Of a stretch of 64,000 bases of DNA, positions 19,901 to 28,088 are shown in pieces. The notes under the pieces are model-generated. The model did not search any database. It worked only from the letters and a program-made list of their open reading frames with translations, and was not told the origin of the DNA. Each line of letters starts with the position of its first letter. Positions within the stretch are counted from its first letter, which is position 1. The position numbers and the translations under genes are program-made. The stretch covers positions 1 to 64,000 of the forward strand of contig JBBQZX010000007.1 of assembly GCA_038207335.1 (NCBI GenBank), in the 5' to 3' direction. This DNA is from Chthoniobacterales bacterium (GTDB lineage Bacteria; Verrucomicrobiota; Verrucomicrobiia; Chthoniobacterales; Chthoniobacteraceae).

Positions 19901-22621
19901 ATCAACTGGCTCTACCGCCGCGGCGACGTCGATCCCGCGACCGGGCTCTTCGGTGCGTCTCCGAGCGGCGGAAATGCCACCTCCTTTGGCGAGATCGCAT
20001 CGACGACTTGGTGGGTCGATTTCAGCAACTTTTTCGAGGGCTTCGGCGCGCTCGGCGGCGGCGATGTGAGCCTCACAGCGGGCCACGATGTCGTGAATGT
20101 CGATGCCGTGATTCCCACGAATGCGCGCGCACCATTCAAGGACGCCACCGGCGCGATCCTCGCGAAAAATTCCGACCTCATCGAGCTCGGCGGCGGCGAC
20201 CTCGTCGTGCGTGCCGGCCACGACATCGACGCCGGGGTTTTCTATACGGAGCGCGGAAATGGCACGCTCGTCGCGGGCCACGAGATCACGACGAACGCGA
20301 CGCGCTACGCCGCGGTCACGGCCGTCGAAATTTCATCCAAGGAAAATTGGCTGCCGACCACGCTGCTGCTCGGCAAAGGCAACTTCGACGTGAGCGCGCG
20401 CGGCGACGTGCTGCTCGGGCCGACGCTCAATCCCTTCCTCCTCCCGCAGGCCGTGAACAACGGCTTCTCATACAAAACGACCTTCTCGACTTACGCCGCC
20501 ACCGACGTTGTGAACGTCGCTTCGCTCGGCGGCTCCGTGACGCTCCGGCAGGCGACCAGCCTCCCGAGCGATGGCTCCGTTCCGGGTGCCGCCGTGCCCA
20601 TCGCGCAGGCGTGGCTCGACGTGCTCATCCAGCAGTCCGCGCGCGGCGTCGGCAATATTCAGCCGTGGCTCACCCTCGCTGAAAACGGCAACGCAACGCC
20701 ATTCGTCACCGCCACTTCGCTCATGCCCGCGACGCTGAAAATCACGGCCTTTTCCGGCGACGTGAATCTCGCCGGCGGCTTCAATCTTTCACCCGCGCCG
20801 AGCGGCACGATCGAGCTACTCGCGGGCGGTTCGATCAATGGCCTGCGCCCCACCGGCTCCAGCTCCGTCGGCGGTCTGCCGGTCACGATTTGGTCGTCGG
20901 CAAAAATCAATCTGTCCGACGCCGATCCCTCCGCAATCCCCGGCGTCACGTCGCCCGCCGCGTTCCAAAATTACCTCGCGACCCGCCCCGAACTCTCGCG
21001 TTCCGCCGACACGAATTCAGACTTCCTCGGCCTCATCGACCAGCTTTTCAACGAGTCCGGGTCGACCCAAGGCGTCTTCGCGTCCGTGCAGACGAAGCAG
21101 TCGCTGCACGACGCCACTCTGCTGCACGCGGCCGACCGCGAGCCCGTCCGGTTTTATGCGCAAAGTGGCGACATCGCGGACCTCACCTTCTTCGCGGGAA
21201 AAGCGGGCCGATTCCTCGCCGGGCGCGATGTCACGGACATCGGACTCTACCTGCAAAACGTGAGCGAGGACGACGTGAGCGTCGTCTCCGCGGGGCGCGA
21301 CATCATCGCCTTCAACGACAACTCGCCGCTTCGCACGGCAGCGAATGCGGCCGGGAATTTCATCGCCGGAGCGACGATCAATCCGACCTCGGTTCCGCTC
21401 GCCGAGACAGGCGATTTGCAAATCAGCGGGCCGGGCACTTTTGAGGTTTTGGCAGGGCGGAATCTCGACCTCGGCAGCGGCGCGAATCGCCCCGATGGCA
21501 CGGGCGTCGGGCTCACGAGCATCGGGAATTTGCGCAATCTCAACCTGCCGATCGAGGGCGCGAATCTCATCGCCGGCGCGGGCATCAGCGGCCCCGCAAG
21601 CCTCGCTGGCAGTAGCGTTGTCGATGTTGCTGGCTTCACCGAGAAAGTGCTTACGCCCGAAAATCTCGACCGCTATCTGCCCGAAATCGCGGCCACGACT
21701 CCGATCACGAGCGACGATTTCACGAAACTCCCGGAAGAGCGCCGCGCCGCCATCGCGCTCGAGATTTTCTACCTCGTCCTGCGCGACGCCGGTCGCGATC
21801 ACGGCGATCCATCCTCGCCCAATTTCGGCGCATACACCGCCGGCTTCGACGCGATCTCCTCGCTCTTCGGCGACTCGAAAAATCCCGGCGACATCACGAC
21901 CCAGGCGCGCGACATCCGCACGAAAAGCGGTGGCAGCATCAGCCTCTTCGCACCGGGCGGAAAACTCGCGCTTGCCGAGACGGTCATCGGAAATCCACAG
22001 ATTCCGCCGGGCGTCGTGACCGAGGCGGGCGGCGCGATTTCCGTCTTCACCGATGGCGATGTGAATATCGGCATCTCGCGCATCTTCACGCTCCGCGGCG
22101 GCGACATCGTCATCTGGTCCTCGTCCGGCGACATCGCCGCGGGCACCTCCGCAAAGACCGTGAAATCCGCGCCGCCGACGCGCGTGCTCATCGACCCGCA
22201 GAGCGCCGACGTACAGACCGACCTCGCCGGCCTCGCGACCGGCGGCGGCATCGGCGTCCTCGCCACGGTAGGCGACGTGGCTGCTGGCGACGTCGATTTG
22301 ATCGCGGTGAAAGGCACCGTCGATGCGGGCGACGCTGGCATCCGTGCGAGCGGAAATCTGAGCATCGCAGCCGTGCAGGTTTTGAACGCCAACAACATCT
22401 CCGTGAGCGGCACGAGCGCCGGCGTCCCCGTCGCGCCAGTCGTTGCCGCGCCAAATCTCGGCGGCCTCGTCGCCGCATCGAACAGCACCGCCGCGACCTC
22501 CGGCACCGCCGACGAAGCCGCGAAGAAAGCCCGCGAGCAAGCCACCCAGACCGAAGAGCAGCCCTCGATCATCACCGTCGAAGTCCTCGGCTACGGCGGC
22601 GGCGACAGCGCTTCATTGTAA
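10904..22621 (+). CDS. Giant filamentous haemagglutinin-family exoprotein (TPS domain; DUF3739-like C-terminus), ~3905 aa
   Basis: Long signal peptide; AVLNWKTFNVG...SQILGSIEAPGQVYVINRNGIIFG secretion domain; G/T/S-rich beta-helix repeats; C-terminal GGDIVIWSSSGDIAAG...GTVDAGDAGIR...ITVEVLGYG. Confidence 0.9.
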   Translation: MSAHSHRRPRKARRSSLGAAPSTALSVTISAALGLFASLSATTHAGDILRGGMGGGGTAPHTGGGASGRSTGSGGEQARANAQEALRRSNAAVDAVRAMQDSARAAAVARANLSMTLGRTQKALPTVPNGLVVGGLQVAPGVPKDLAKPEAGEDSSLWTGAKLPRQYSGSGRTTVVVEQTQQQAVLNWKTFNVGKQTTLKFDQSRAKGRASEWIAFNKVSDPSGVPSQILGSIEAPGQVYVINRNGIIFGGTAQINTHALVASTLPINDTLLQRGLLNQENANARFLFSGVTSDVPFTLPEGTVDYTLTQSVAAGTKPTVSYVSNGSASPLSAGTDFTFAKNDAGRTVLTFTPDGLAKVGAASVSVAYTTPSGDVVVQPGARLSAPTNAAHTGGRVALIGANVRNEGTISTPDGQTILAAGRQVGLVAHASSDPSLRGLDVFVGKVDGASGTATNSGLIEAPRGAVTMTGRAVNQLGAVDSSTSVSLNGRVDLLASFGAIANPIFDSLNAASQPFLPTQTGVVTLGASSITRILPELDSSETVVGTELALRSQINAQGRTLHLAGDAAIFAPNATVRLDAGVWAPILPAAPLAQFVHASGQIYLDSGATINVAGTTDVSVSVTQNFLDLQLRGAELADTPLQRGGLLRGIDITLDLRKTGTFNGFSYVGTPLGDASGFAGLVQRTVAQLTTAGGTVSLSAGGSVVLQSGSTIDVSGGTINFEGAMVHTTRVMSAGQILDISQATPDRIYDGLYSGTVTTATSKYGIRETFTHPLALTGEHFEPSYLQGADGGKITITAPSVALDGKLLGRVAAGERQLAFAPAVSELVLIFLRENVGDPIPVSPTPPQILFADNTTLSAANPFTISLDDTTPDLRADRVASVILSPRLLTTDGFGKLTVDNSDGDIFVPRGISLDAPVWGGVTLRAANLKIEGNVTAPSGTLDFTAFNVSPSVAAALDPGSPTPVADPMRGLFTLAAGAHLSTAGLIIDRRVNLTDLTAIDGGSISISAFNADLLVGSTVDVSGGVVVSSTGRRTYGSGGRIVIAAGRDPNANPLARAVLGGRLDLQAELSGFSGGNGGSLAIQAPQIQVGGVAPSARTFLVDPVFFSTGGFTDFTLTGLGAISKRTDATIPGLLIAPGTVIEPVAQSWLAISGEPGPNGITLIPIVRPQGLRSPVSLSFNSLGAQVVKPSGEITLIRGDIVMGLGASIKTDPRASVAISGDTVELLGSIVAPGGAISISGAGRYPTLLAAPSEALGTVHIASSSFLSTAGTLLLTPDAYGRRNGSVLPGGTISVSGNIVADAGATLDVSGSTGVLDLAPTSVQPSAAVNGSLDGASFVPATSGVNAGLWSIASVPVRIDSDAGAITLTGAQELFSDATLLGNAGGPTALGGTLAVTSGRFYAPTDPLRTPADITLIVSQTGLTRPQVAFPAGESPLGNPVLAANGSPLAALGHFSVSTFTSGGFDSLRLGGNVEFRGPVTVIARREISVASGGVLTADAAVNLTASHIILGQPFQLPVPIAELLSPFLLDQQPFAIPATFGRGSLTVTAPLIDVGNLSLQNIGSTRLIADGGDIRGDGTLDAAGDLYLRAGQVYPPTATRFVISVSDKTVTVATSTVGSETVTLASPALPPGFGVGSPLLGSTVQSVSGATVTLATGANASISANTSLVFAPGTVTVAGSGTRQLPLSAGGELDIYASVIRQGGVLRAPLGTINLGWDGTGTAPRDLIADRPVAIAQRVSLASGSVTSVSAIDPLTGSPLLIPFGLSTDGSSFIDPTGIDISAGGLVVKGINIAGQNVTIAAGSTLDIRGGGDLYAYSYLKGNGGSTDILGWNFKGSWTAQSYNESEIVRFGGAFYYARTDIPAEVAFIPPTPGAYWKQVSESFAVIPGYQPEFAPFAPFNSTVDPGYTHIGLNVGDRVTLAASSGLAAGTYTLLPARYALLPGAVLVTPQGGAPLGTIEMPEGAVLAAGYRFNAQNRERRIDPIFTKFEIASGDVVRGRSEYQEFFANDFLKKRSQTLGLPVPRLANDAGHLVLQATQTLQLRGDILARGADASSHGGLVDISSTSDILIGGPDTRAANGVLVLNADQLSRYGAESLLIGGVRTVGSDTTTVVVNTKKLTVDNAGSPLAGSDIVLVASENLTLAPGSRVVQSGELIAPAETLVLGNADAPGSGDGLLVRVSSDPDAAVRRFGITASTVPHLTIGAGARLAGTSLTLDSTFGTALAQSARLDAKYLSLNSGQITLALDGAAVIPATEGLVLGGALLRELQDAQRISLLSYSTIDIRGAGDFRGSGALSLHAGQIRGFDNAGGTAALSARRITLDNRPNATPLAAAAETLGTLEFRAGTIRIGANPLAVDQFENLELKASRKIAVLGNGGLTAQGSITATTPAITAAQASTQALRAGGALVVQAPEGRARAIASGLGATLTLEGGTSVTVTSAIVLPSGLLTLRAVNGDVTVGSRLDVSGTTATFFDLTRSTDAGEINLMADAGSVTVQAGATLSVAASAGGWKAGALSIRTPGGTFTLDGKLLGQAGAGGVGGTFLLDTASLPTIAEVASTLDSGGFTESQTIRVRTGDVLIDGVSATRAFHLSADLGAITLSGKIDASGATGGVVTLASAGDLTLLDGSEITVAAEDFSHAGKGGAIALETRTGFIDMQAGSKIDLTVAASTDTAAEQALGHFTGTLHLRAAQTADSLDVQINSLAGGIFGVSIISAEGYKVYTPGGGTISTAVQNSIRANGNIFGGNSDAITARLLTGNGNNLEPVFSVLTGAELVSAGNLTLGTGNSNSTADWNLSTFRFGPKNAPGVLTLRAAGNLVFNNGISDGFVTTTFNSDLLAPNAALPANAQTWSYRLAAGADLSAADVLQVQQISALSDGVGSLRLGKNSAPTGNTIAQTVPRLFQVIRTGSGDIDVAAGRDVVLQNLFSNIYTVGTQVADPTLGGTFELPRSLIGGTIAYGPQYTLAGGNVRIAAQGDIRRDARLPGNATGSQEQLPINWLYRRGDVDPATGLFGASPSGGNATSFGEIASTTWWVDFSNFFEGFGALGGGDVSLTAGHDVVNVDAVIPTNARAPFKDATGAILAKNSDLIELGGGDLVVRAGHDIDAGVFYTERGNGTLVAGHEITTNATRYAAVTAVEISSKENWLPTTLLLGKGNFDVSARGDVLLGPTLNPFLLPQAVNNGFSYKTTFSTYAATDVVNVASLGGSVTLRQATSLPSDGSVPGAAVPIAQAWLDVLIQQSARGVGNIQPWLTLAENGNATPFVTATSLMPATLKITAFSGDVNLAGGFNLSPAPSGTIELLAGGSINGLRPTGSSSVGGLPVTIWSSAKINLSDADPSAIPGVTSPAAFQNYLATRPELSRSADTNSDFLGLIDQLFNESGSTQGVFASVQTKQSLHDATLLHAADREPVRFYAQSGDIADLTFFAGKAGRFLAGRDVTDIGLYLQNVSEDDVSVVSAGRDIIAFNDNSPLRTAANAAGNFIAGATINPTSVPLAETGDLQISGPGTFEVLAGRNLDLGSGANRPDGTGVGLTSIGNLRNLNLPIEGANLIAGAGISGPASLAGSSVVDVAGFTEKVLTPENLDRYLPEIAATTPITSDDFTKLPEERRAAIALEIFYLVLRDAGRDHGDPSSPNFGAYTAGFDAISSLFGDSKNPGDITTQARDIRTKSGGSISLFAPGGKLALAETVIGNPQIPPGVVTEAGGAISVFTDGDVNIGISRIFTLRGGDIVIWSSSGDIAAGTSAKTVKSAPPTRVLIDPQSADVQTDLAGLATGGGIGVLATVGDVAAGDVDLIAVKGTVDAGDAGIRASGNLSIAAVQVLNANNISVSGTSAGVPVAPVVAAPNLGGLVAASNSTAATSGTADEAAKKAREQATQTEEQPSIITVEVLGYGGGDSASL

Positions 22622-22750
22622 GGCCCGCGACCTCACTTCGACACGACCAACGCACGGGACGAGCCGGCTCCCGGGACTCTTCCAACGCCTCTTCAAACCC
22701 CTGAGCGCGAATCTTTGCGCCGCGCGCACTTTTCTCAATACCGTGCGCCG

Positions 22751-24505
22751 ATGCCCGCCGATCGCGCGATTCAGGATTTTGTTTATGCGTTGAAAACCGG
22801 AAGCCTCGGCCTGCTCTTGCGCCGCGCGCTTGCGGTCGTCGCAATCATCGCGCTCGCGCTCTTTTACCTGCTCCACGAATTCCGCGGCCTCGCCACTGCG
22901 CAGGCGATGGACCAAGCGCAAATTGGCCGCGAGATCGTGCGCGGCCACGGCTGGAGTACCAAATTCCTCCGTCCACTCGCCGTCGGCGAACTGAAGCGCC
23001 ACGGTCGCGAAGTACTCCCCGCGCTCAATACCGACACCTACCACGCGCCGATCCCACCGCTCGTCAATGCCGCCGCGCTTTGGCTGCCGGAGCGCAAAGG
23101 CTGGCACATCACGAAGCGCGACATCGTGAACTCCGGAGACCGCGCCATCGCCCTTTCCGCCATCGTGCTATTCCTCATGGCGACCGGCGTCTTCTACCTC
23201 ATCGCGGCGGAGCTTTTCGACCGCCGCCTCGCGCTCATCGCGTGCGCCCTCATCATCGTCTGCGACACGTTCTGGCAATACTCGCTCTCCGGCCTCCCGC
23301 AGATGCTCCTGCTGCTTCTGCTGCACCTCACGATCTACACGCTGCTCCGCGCCATGCGTGCGCGCGCCGTAGGCTGCGGAGTGCGCCGCTGGCTTGCGCT
23401 CGCTGGGCTCGGCTTCGGGCTGCTCGCGCTCTCTCATGCGCTCACGATTTGGATGTTCATCCCGGCGCTCGGTTTTTGCGCGTGGTCGTTCCGCGCGGAT
23501 CGCGGGGCTGCGCCGCTGATGCTCGCGATTTTCGCCGCGGTCTATCTGCCCTGGCTCGTGCGAAACGAAGTCGTCTCCGGCAATCCCTTCGGCCTCTCGA
23601 TCTACTCCGCGCTCGACGGTGTGCGAACAAGCGAATCCGGCATCATGCGCAGCGCCGACCTCGACCTTTCCGATGTCACGCCCGCCGATTTTCTCCGGGT
23701 TTTTCGCGCAAATCTGCTCGCGCAATTCGACAAGCTTTTCCGATACCTCGGCTGGAGTTGGGTCGCACCGGTGGCGTTTCTCACGCTGCTGCATCCATTC
23801 AGGAGACGAGACACCGCGGCAATTCGGTGGCTGATTTTTGCGATGTGGATCGGTGCTGTGATCGGCATGGCAGTCTTCGGAATCCATGAGGAACAGGAGG
23901 TCGCCGCGAACCAATTTCATCTCCTCTTCATCCCGCTTTTCACCGCGTACGGCCTCGCGTTTTTGCTCATCCAGTGGAGCCGTCTGGCGGAGGCCTCGCT
24001 CGCCGGGATGCACGCTACCCGGAGGTCGCTAGAGGCTGCATTCATCGCCGCGCTTTTCATCCTCTGCGCGCTCCCTCTGGCATTCGTGCTCTGCTTCGCA
24101 AATGGGCACTGGAAAGTCCACTGGACGCCCTATTTTCCCAGTTCCATCGCGACCATCGGCGAATGGTTGGAACCAGATGAAATCGTCGGCTCAGACATGC
24201 CGTGGGCGGTGGCATGGTATGCCGATCGTCGCAGCGTGTGGCTGCCGGACACGGTGAAAAAATTCACCGACATGCAAGACTACGATACGCTCGGCGGGCC
24301 GATCCACGGGCTCTACCTCACTCCCGTAAGCGGCACCGACAACACGCTCGCGGATATCACACACGGCGAGTACCAAAACTGGGCGCGCTTCATCGTCCGC
24401 ACGATGAATCTCAAAACCTTCTCGCTCCCGTGGATGACCCCGCTGGGCCAGCCCGACTGCACCTTCTTCAGCAACTACGACCGCCGCACCGGGGCGGGAA
24501 AGTGA
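22751..24505 (+). CDS. GT-C fold membrane glycosyltransferase (GT39/PMT/ArnT-like)
   Basis: AMDQAQIGREIVRGHG, DTYHAPIPP, ~11 TM segments, SDMPWAVAWYADR soluble C-terminal domain. Confidence 0.75.
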   Translation: MPADRAIQDFVYALKTGSLGLLLRRALAVVAIIALALFYLLHEFRGLATAQAMDQAQIGREIVRGHGWSTKFLRPLAVGELKRHGREVLPALNTDTYHAPIPPLVNAAALWLPERKGWHITKRDIVNSGDRAIALSAIVLFLMATGVFYLIAAELFDRRLALIACALIIVCDTFWQYSLSGLPQMLLLLLLHLTIYTLLRAMRARAVGCGVRRWLALAGLGFGLLALSHALTIWMFIPALGFCAWSFRADRGAAPLMLAIFAAVYLPWLVRNEVVSGNPFGLSIYSALDGVRTSESGIMRSADLDLSDVTPADFLRVFRANLLAQFDKLFRYLGWSWVAPVAFLTLLHPFRRRDTAAIRWLIFAMWIGAVIGMAVFGIHEEQEVAANQFHLLFIPLFTAYGLAFLLIQWSRLAEASLAGMHATRRSLEAAFIAALFILCALPLAFVLCFANGHWKVHWTPYFPSSIATIGEWLEPDEIVGSDMPWAVAWYADRRSVWLPDTVKKFTDMQDYDTLGGPIHGLYLTPVSGTDNTLADITHGEYQNWARFIVRTMNLKTFSLPWMTPLGQPDCTFFSNYDRRTGAGK

Positions 24506-24539
24506 ACCATATTGAGAGGCGGGAGGCACGCCGCTCGAC

Positions 24540-25649
24540 TCAAGCGACGCCCAGCTTCGCGAGCAGTCGATCCACTTCGACATGCTGGTCGATGAGCGCC
24601 TGAATGAGATCGATTTTTTCCACGTCGCCGGGCAGCGTTTTCACCGTCATCGAGTGGATGCTGCTCGCGACTGTGTAGCTGTCGAACGGCGACGTGATCG
24701 TCGGCACGTCGGAATGTTTGAGCAACTCGAGCACGCTCGGATGCGGAAGTAAGTCACCCGCGAGCACGAGGCCCGCGATCGAGTTCCCATCCGCCTCCGT
24801 GAGCGTGCTGACGGAGAGGGCGGCGAGGATGACGTCTTCGCGGTCACCCGGCGCGACGATGAGCGTGCCGGGCTTGAAATACTGCATGACGTGCGAGGAA
24901 CTCATCGCACCGATGATCACTTTCTTCACGCGGCGGCGGGCCTGCTTTTTGCAGTTGATGAACTCGCCGCCGATTGTCCGGCAGATTTGCCCGAGAGTCG
25001 CATTGGCGAGCAGCGCTTCGTCGGGAATCGCGCCGATGAGATCGATCCCGAGCCGCGCGAGTCCGCGCCGCGCGAAGTCGCGGATGTATTCGAAACGATC
25101 GGGCAGCAGTTTGTTGATGATCACGCCGACGACTTCGACGCCCTCTTTTTCAAACAGCGCCATGTTCAGCGCGACCTCGTCGATCGTCTTGCCGATGCCG
25201 CCTTTCACGACGAGCACGACCTTGCTCTCGAGCAGTCGCGCGACCCGCGCATTCGAGAGATCGAAGACTGAACCGACTCCCGCGTGGCCCGTGCCTTCCA
25301 CGATCACGAAATCTTTTTCCCAAGCCGCGCGGTCGAATGAATTCTGAATGCGCCGGACGAGAAATTCGTTGTTCTGATTCTCGATGTAGCGCCTCGTGAA
25401 ATCGGGCTCCACGGCGATCGGACTCATCGCCTCGAGCGGCGTGTGGACGGAAAACGTCTTGTCGATCAGCACCGAATCTTCATCGATCTGCTGCCCCTCC
25501 ACATCGACGAACCGCTGCCCGACGGGCTTGATGAAGCCGATGCGCCCGAGCCTTTTTCGCAGGGCGGCAAAGAGGCCAAGAGCGGTGGTCGTCTTGCCGT
25601 CGTTCTGCTGCGTGGCGGCGACGAAGAGGCGCGGAGTCGTTGTGTTCAG
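24540..25649 (-). CDS. Pta N-terminal-like protein (BioD-like AAA_26 + DRTGG domain)
   Basis: FVAATQQNDGKTT P-loop, FIKPVGQ, EGTGHAGVGS, PGDREDV. Start is uncertain (CTG 25649 or TTG 25730). Confidence 0.85.
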   Translation of the reverse strand: MNTTTPRLFVAATQQNDGKTTTALGLFAALRKRLGRIGFIKPVGQRFVDVEGQQIDEDSVLIDKTFSVHTPLEAMSPIAVEPDFTRRYIENQNNEFLVRRIQNSFDRAAWEKDFVIVEGTGHAGVGSVFDLSNARVARLLESKVVLVVKGGIGKTIDEVALNMALFEKEGVEVVGVIINKLLPDRFEYIRDFARRGLARLGIDLIGAIPDEALLANATLGQICRTIGGEFINCKKQARRRVKKVIIGAMSSSHVMQYFKPGTLIVAPGDREDVILAALSVSTLTEADGNSIAGLVLAGDLLPHPSVLELLKHSDVPTITSPFDSYTVASSIHSMTVKTLPGDVEKIDLIQALIDQHVEVDRLLAKLGVA

Positions 25650-25740
25650 GTTAGCGTCGAAAGTTGAAGGTTGAATGCCTGCGCTCTCTGCGGGAGCGTG
25701 AGACCAGAAACCGCCTCTCTCAACTCGCAACCGAAAACTC

Positions 25741-26775
25741 TCAACTCTCCGTGGGATAGAGCTTTCGATATTCGATCGACTGCAAGCCGAGGATCGCCGC
25801 GACGCCGAGAATGTCGTCCTCCGTCGCGCCGCGCGAGAGATCGGCGCACGGCTTGGAGAGGCCGAGCAGGATTTGCCCGTAAGCGTCCGCTCCGGCGAGA
25901 TGCTGCACGAGTTTCGAGCCGATGTTGCCGCTGTTCAGATCCGGGAAGATAAGGACGTTTGCCTTGCCGGCCACGAGGCTCTGCGGCGCTTTCAACCCCG
26001 CGAGGTCGGGCAGTAGCGCCGTGTCCGCCTGAAGCTCACCGTCGATTTCCATCTCCATCCCGCTCGCCGTCGCGCGCTGCCGGGCCAGTGCGGTCGCGGC
26101 GGCAATCTTCTCGGCGGAGGGAAGCTTCGAGCTGCCTTTCGTCGAAAAGCTGAGCATCGCGATGCGCGGTTTTTGCCCCGTGAGCTGGCGGCAAATCGCG
26201 CCGGTCTGCACGGCGATCGTCGCGAGCTGATCGACCGTCGGCTCGGGAATCACGGCGCAGTCCGCGAAGAGCATCACGCCGCGCTCGCCATATCGCTTAT
26301 TGGAAAGATCGAGCATCATGCAGCTTGAGATGCTCTTCGTGTCGGGCAGCGGTTTGATGAGCTGGATCAGCGGTCGCAGCGTGCTGCTCTTCGTCTCGTT
26401 CGCGCCGGTCACGAGCCCGTCAGCCTGACCATATTGCACCATCATCGAGGCGAAGTAGGTCGGCAGCAGCATGACGTCGCGCGCCTGTTTGCTGCCGAGA
26501 TCGTGGTAATGCTTCAGCTTCTCCAGCCGTTGGATGAAGATCGGCAGATCGGTCGCCGTCGCCGGATCGATGATGCCGATATGGTCGAGATCGATCTTCT
26601 CCTCGAGCGCGATCCGCTCCACTTCAGCCTTCACGCCGAGCACGATCGGCGCGCCGAGATGCAGCTTCACGAAGCGCGCCGCGGCCCGCAGCACACGCGG
26701 CTCCGTGCCTTCGGGGAAGACGATGCGCTTGGGATGCCGCTTCAGTTTTTGGAAAACGGAATCGATGAAGTTCAT
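25741..26775 (-). CDS. pta: Phosphate acetyltransferase (catalytic PTA_PTB domain only)
   Basis: RIVFPEG, ADCAVIPEP, AMLSFSTKGS, DGELQADTA, NVLIFPDLNSGNIGSKL, DLSRG. Confidence 0.9.
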   Translation of the reverse strand: MNFIDSVFQKLKRHPKRIVFPEGTEPRVLRAAARFVKLHLGAPIVLGVKAEVERIALEEKIDLDHIGIIDPATATDLPIFIQRLEKLKHYHDLGSKQARDVMLLPTYFASMMVQYGQADGLVTGANETKSSTLRPLIQLIKPLPDTKSISSCMMLDLSNKRYGERGVMLFADCAVIPEPTVDQLATIAVQTGAICRQLTGQKPRIAMLSFSTKGSSKLPSAEKIAAATALARQRATASGMEMEIDGELQADTALLPDLAGLKAPQSLVAGKANVLIFPDLNSGNIGSKLVQHLAGADAYGQILLGLSKPCADLSRGATEDDILGVAAILGLQSIEYRKLYPTES

Positions 26776-27953
26776 GCGCGCGGAGTCTCGGAATCGGGCG
26801 ATGGAGTGACGAGGGAAAAATCCCCCTCCGAGGCGCGCGTGTTGAGCTCTCGGTCGGCACGTTCGATGCCGTCGAGCAGCTCGCTCCAGTCGCCGGCCCG
26901 CGTGTCCCAGCCGCCGCTGAGGCGCAGCGCGCGCGCTGCAGCGGCAGGCGAAATGCCCATCGCCGCGAGCACATGCGACGGCTTTTCCTTCCCGCTCGCG
27001 CACGCCGAGCCGGTTGAGACTGCGAAGCCGAGTTTGTCGAGCTTTACGACCCAGCGCTGACGACAATCGATTTCCGGCATCACCGCGCAAACCGTGTTCC
27101 AGAGCCGATTCGCGGCCGCTCCGACGATTTCCACACCCGGCAATCGGCGGCAAAGATCATTCTCGAAAACCCCCAGATTCGCCCGCCACTCGCTCGCATT
27201 CGAGCCGCGCATCCGCGTCTCCGCTGCCTCCAGCGCAGCAACCATTGCCAGCACGCCCGCCACATTTTCGGTCCCAGCGCGGCGTCCATCTTCCTGCGCG
27301 CCGCCGACCAACAGCGGCTTCGTCGTCGTCGGACATTTCAAAAATCCCACGCCCTGCGGCCCGCCGAATTTATGTGCACACCCGCTCACGAAATCGCACG
27401 CCCCGAGCCCGGCTGCTGGCATCTTGCCCAGCCATTGCGCCGCATCGCACATGAATGGGACGCCGGATTCGCGGCACCGTGCCGCGATCTCGGGCCACGG
27501 CTGCAGCACCCCTGTCTCGTTGTTCGCCGCCATCACGCCGACAAACGCCGGGCGCGCGAGTTTCAACTCCCGCTCGATCCACGCCATTTCCACCACTCCG
27601 CTGCAGTTCACCGGGATCAGTCGATGCCGCTTTTCAAAATAGCGCCGAGTCGCCGCGAGCACGCATGGATGCTCGATCGCCGACACCCAGGCCTCGCCCT
27701 TGCCCGCCGCTGCTAGATGCGCAATCACCGTGTTGTTCGATTCGGTCGCACCCGAGGTCCACACGATTTCGTCCGGGTCGCAGCAGAGCCAAACCGCCAC
27801 CTTCTCCCGCGCCCCCGCAAGCGCCGCATCCGCCCGAGCCCCGAGCCGATGCGGGCTCGAAGGATTCCCAATGAACTTTGAAGCCGCCGATATCCAAGCC
27901 TCCCGGGCGACCGCCGAAAGTGGCGCGGTGGCGTTGTAGTCAAAGTAGAGCAT
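26772..27953 (-). CDS. Cysteine desulfurase (NifS/IscS, class V PLP enzyme)
   Basis: YFDYNATAP, TSGATESNN, NNETG, HKFGGPQG (PLP Lys), STGSACASG (catalytic Cys). Its stop overlaps the pta start (ATGA). Confidence 0.9.
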   Translation of the reverse strand: MLYFDYNATAPLSAVAREAWISAASKFIGNPSSPHRLGARADAALAGAREKVAVWLCCDPDEIVWTSGATESNNTVIAHLAAAGKGEAWVSAIEHPCVLAATRRYFEKRHRLIPVNCSGVVEMAWIERELKLARPAFVGVMAANNETGVLQPWPEIAARCRESGVPFMCDAAQWLGKMPAAGLGACDFVSGCAHKFGGPQGVGFLKCPTTTKPLLVGGAQEDGRRAGTENVAGVLAMVAALEAAETRMRGSNASEWRANLGVFENDLCRRLPGVEIVGAAANRLWNTVCAVMPEIDCRQRWVVKLDKLGFAVSTGSACASGKEKPSHVLAAMGISPAAAARALRLSGGWDTRAGDWSELLDGIERADRELNTRASEGDFSLVTPSPDSETPRA

Positions 27954-28088
27954 CGGTCGCGAGGATTCGGGCAAAACGAGTGGCGGTCAAAGCTAGCAGA
28001 TCGAAACGGCCACGGCAGAATTCTGCTAGTCTCTGCTTTTGAGTGCGGATTTCATCGGCCACTCCCTGTGGTTGACCGGAGCCCGCCT

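Noticed and set aside
11111..22575. Many long antisense and alternate-frame ORFs over the FHA gene (e.g. 778, 579 and 507 aa)
   Set aside because: Arg/Ala-rich shadow ORFs expected from high-GC codon bias; no recognisable motifs.
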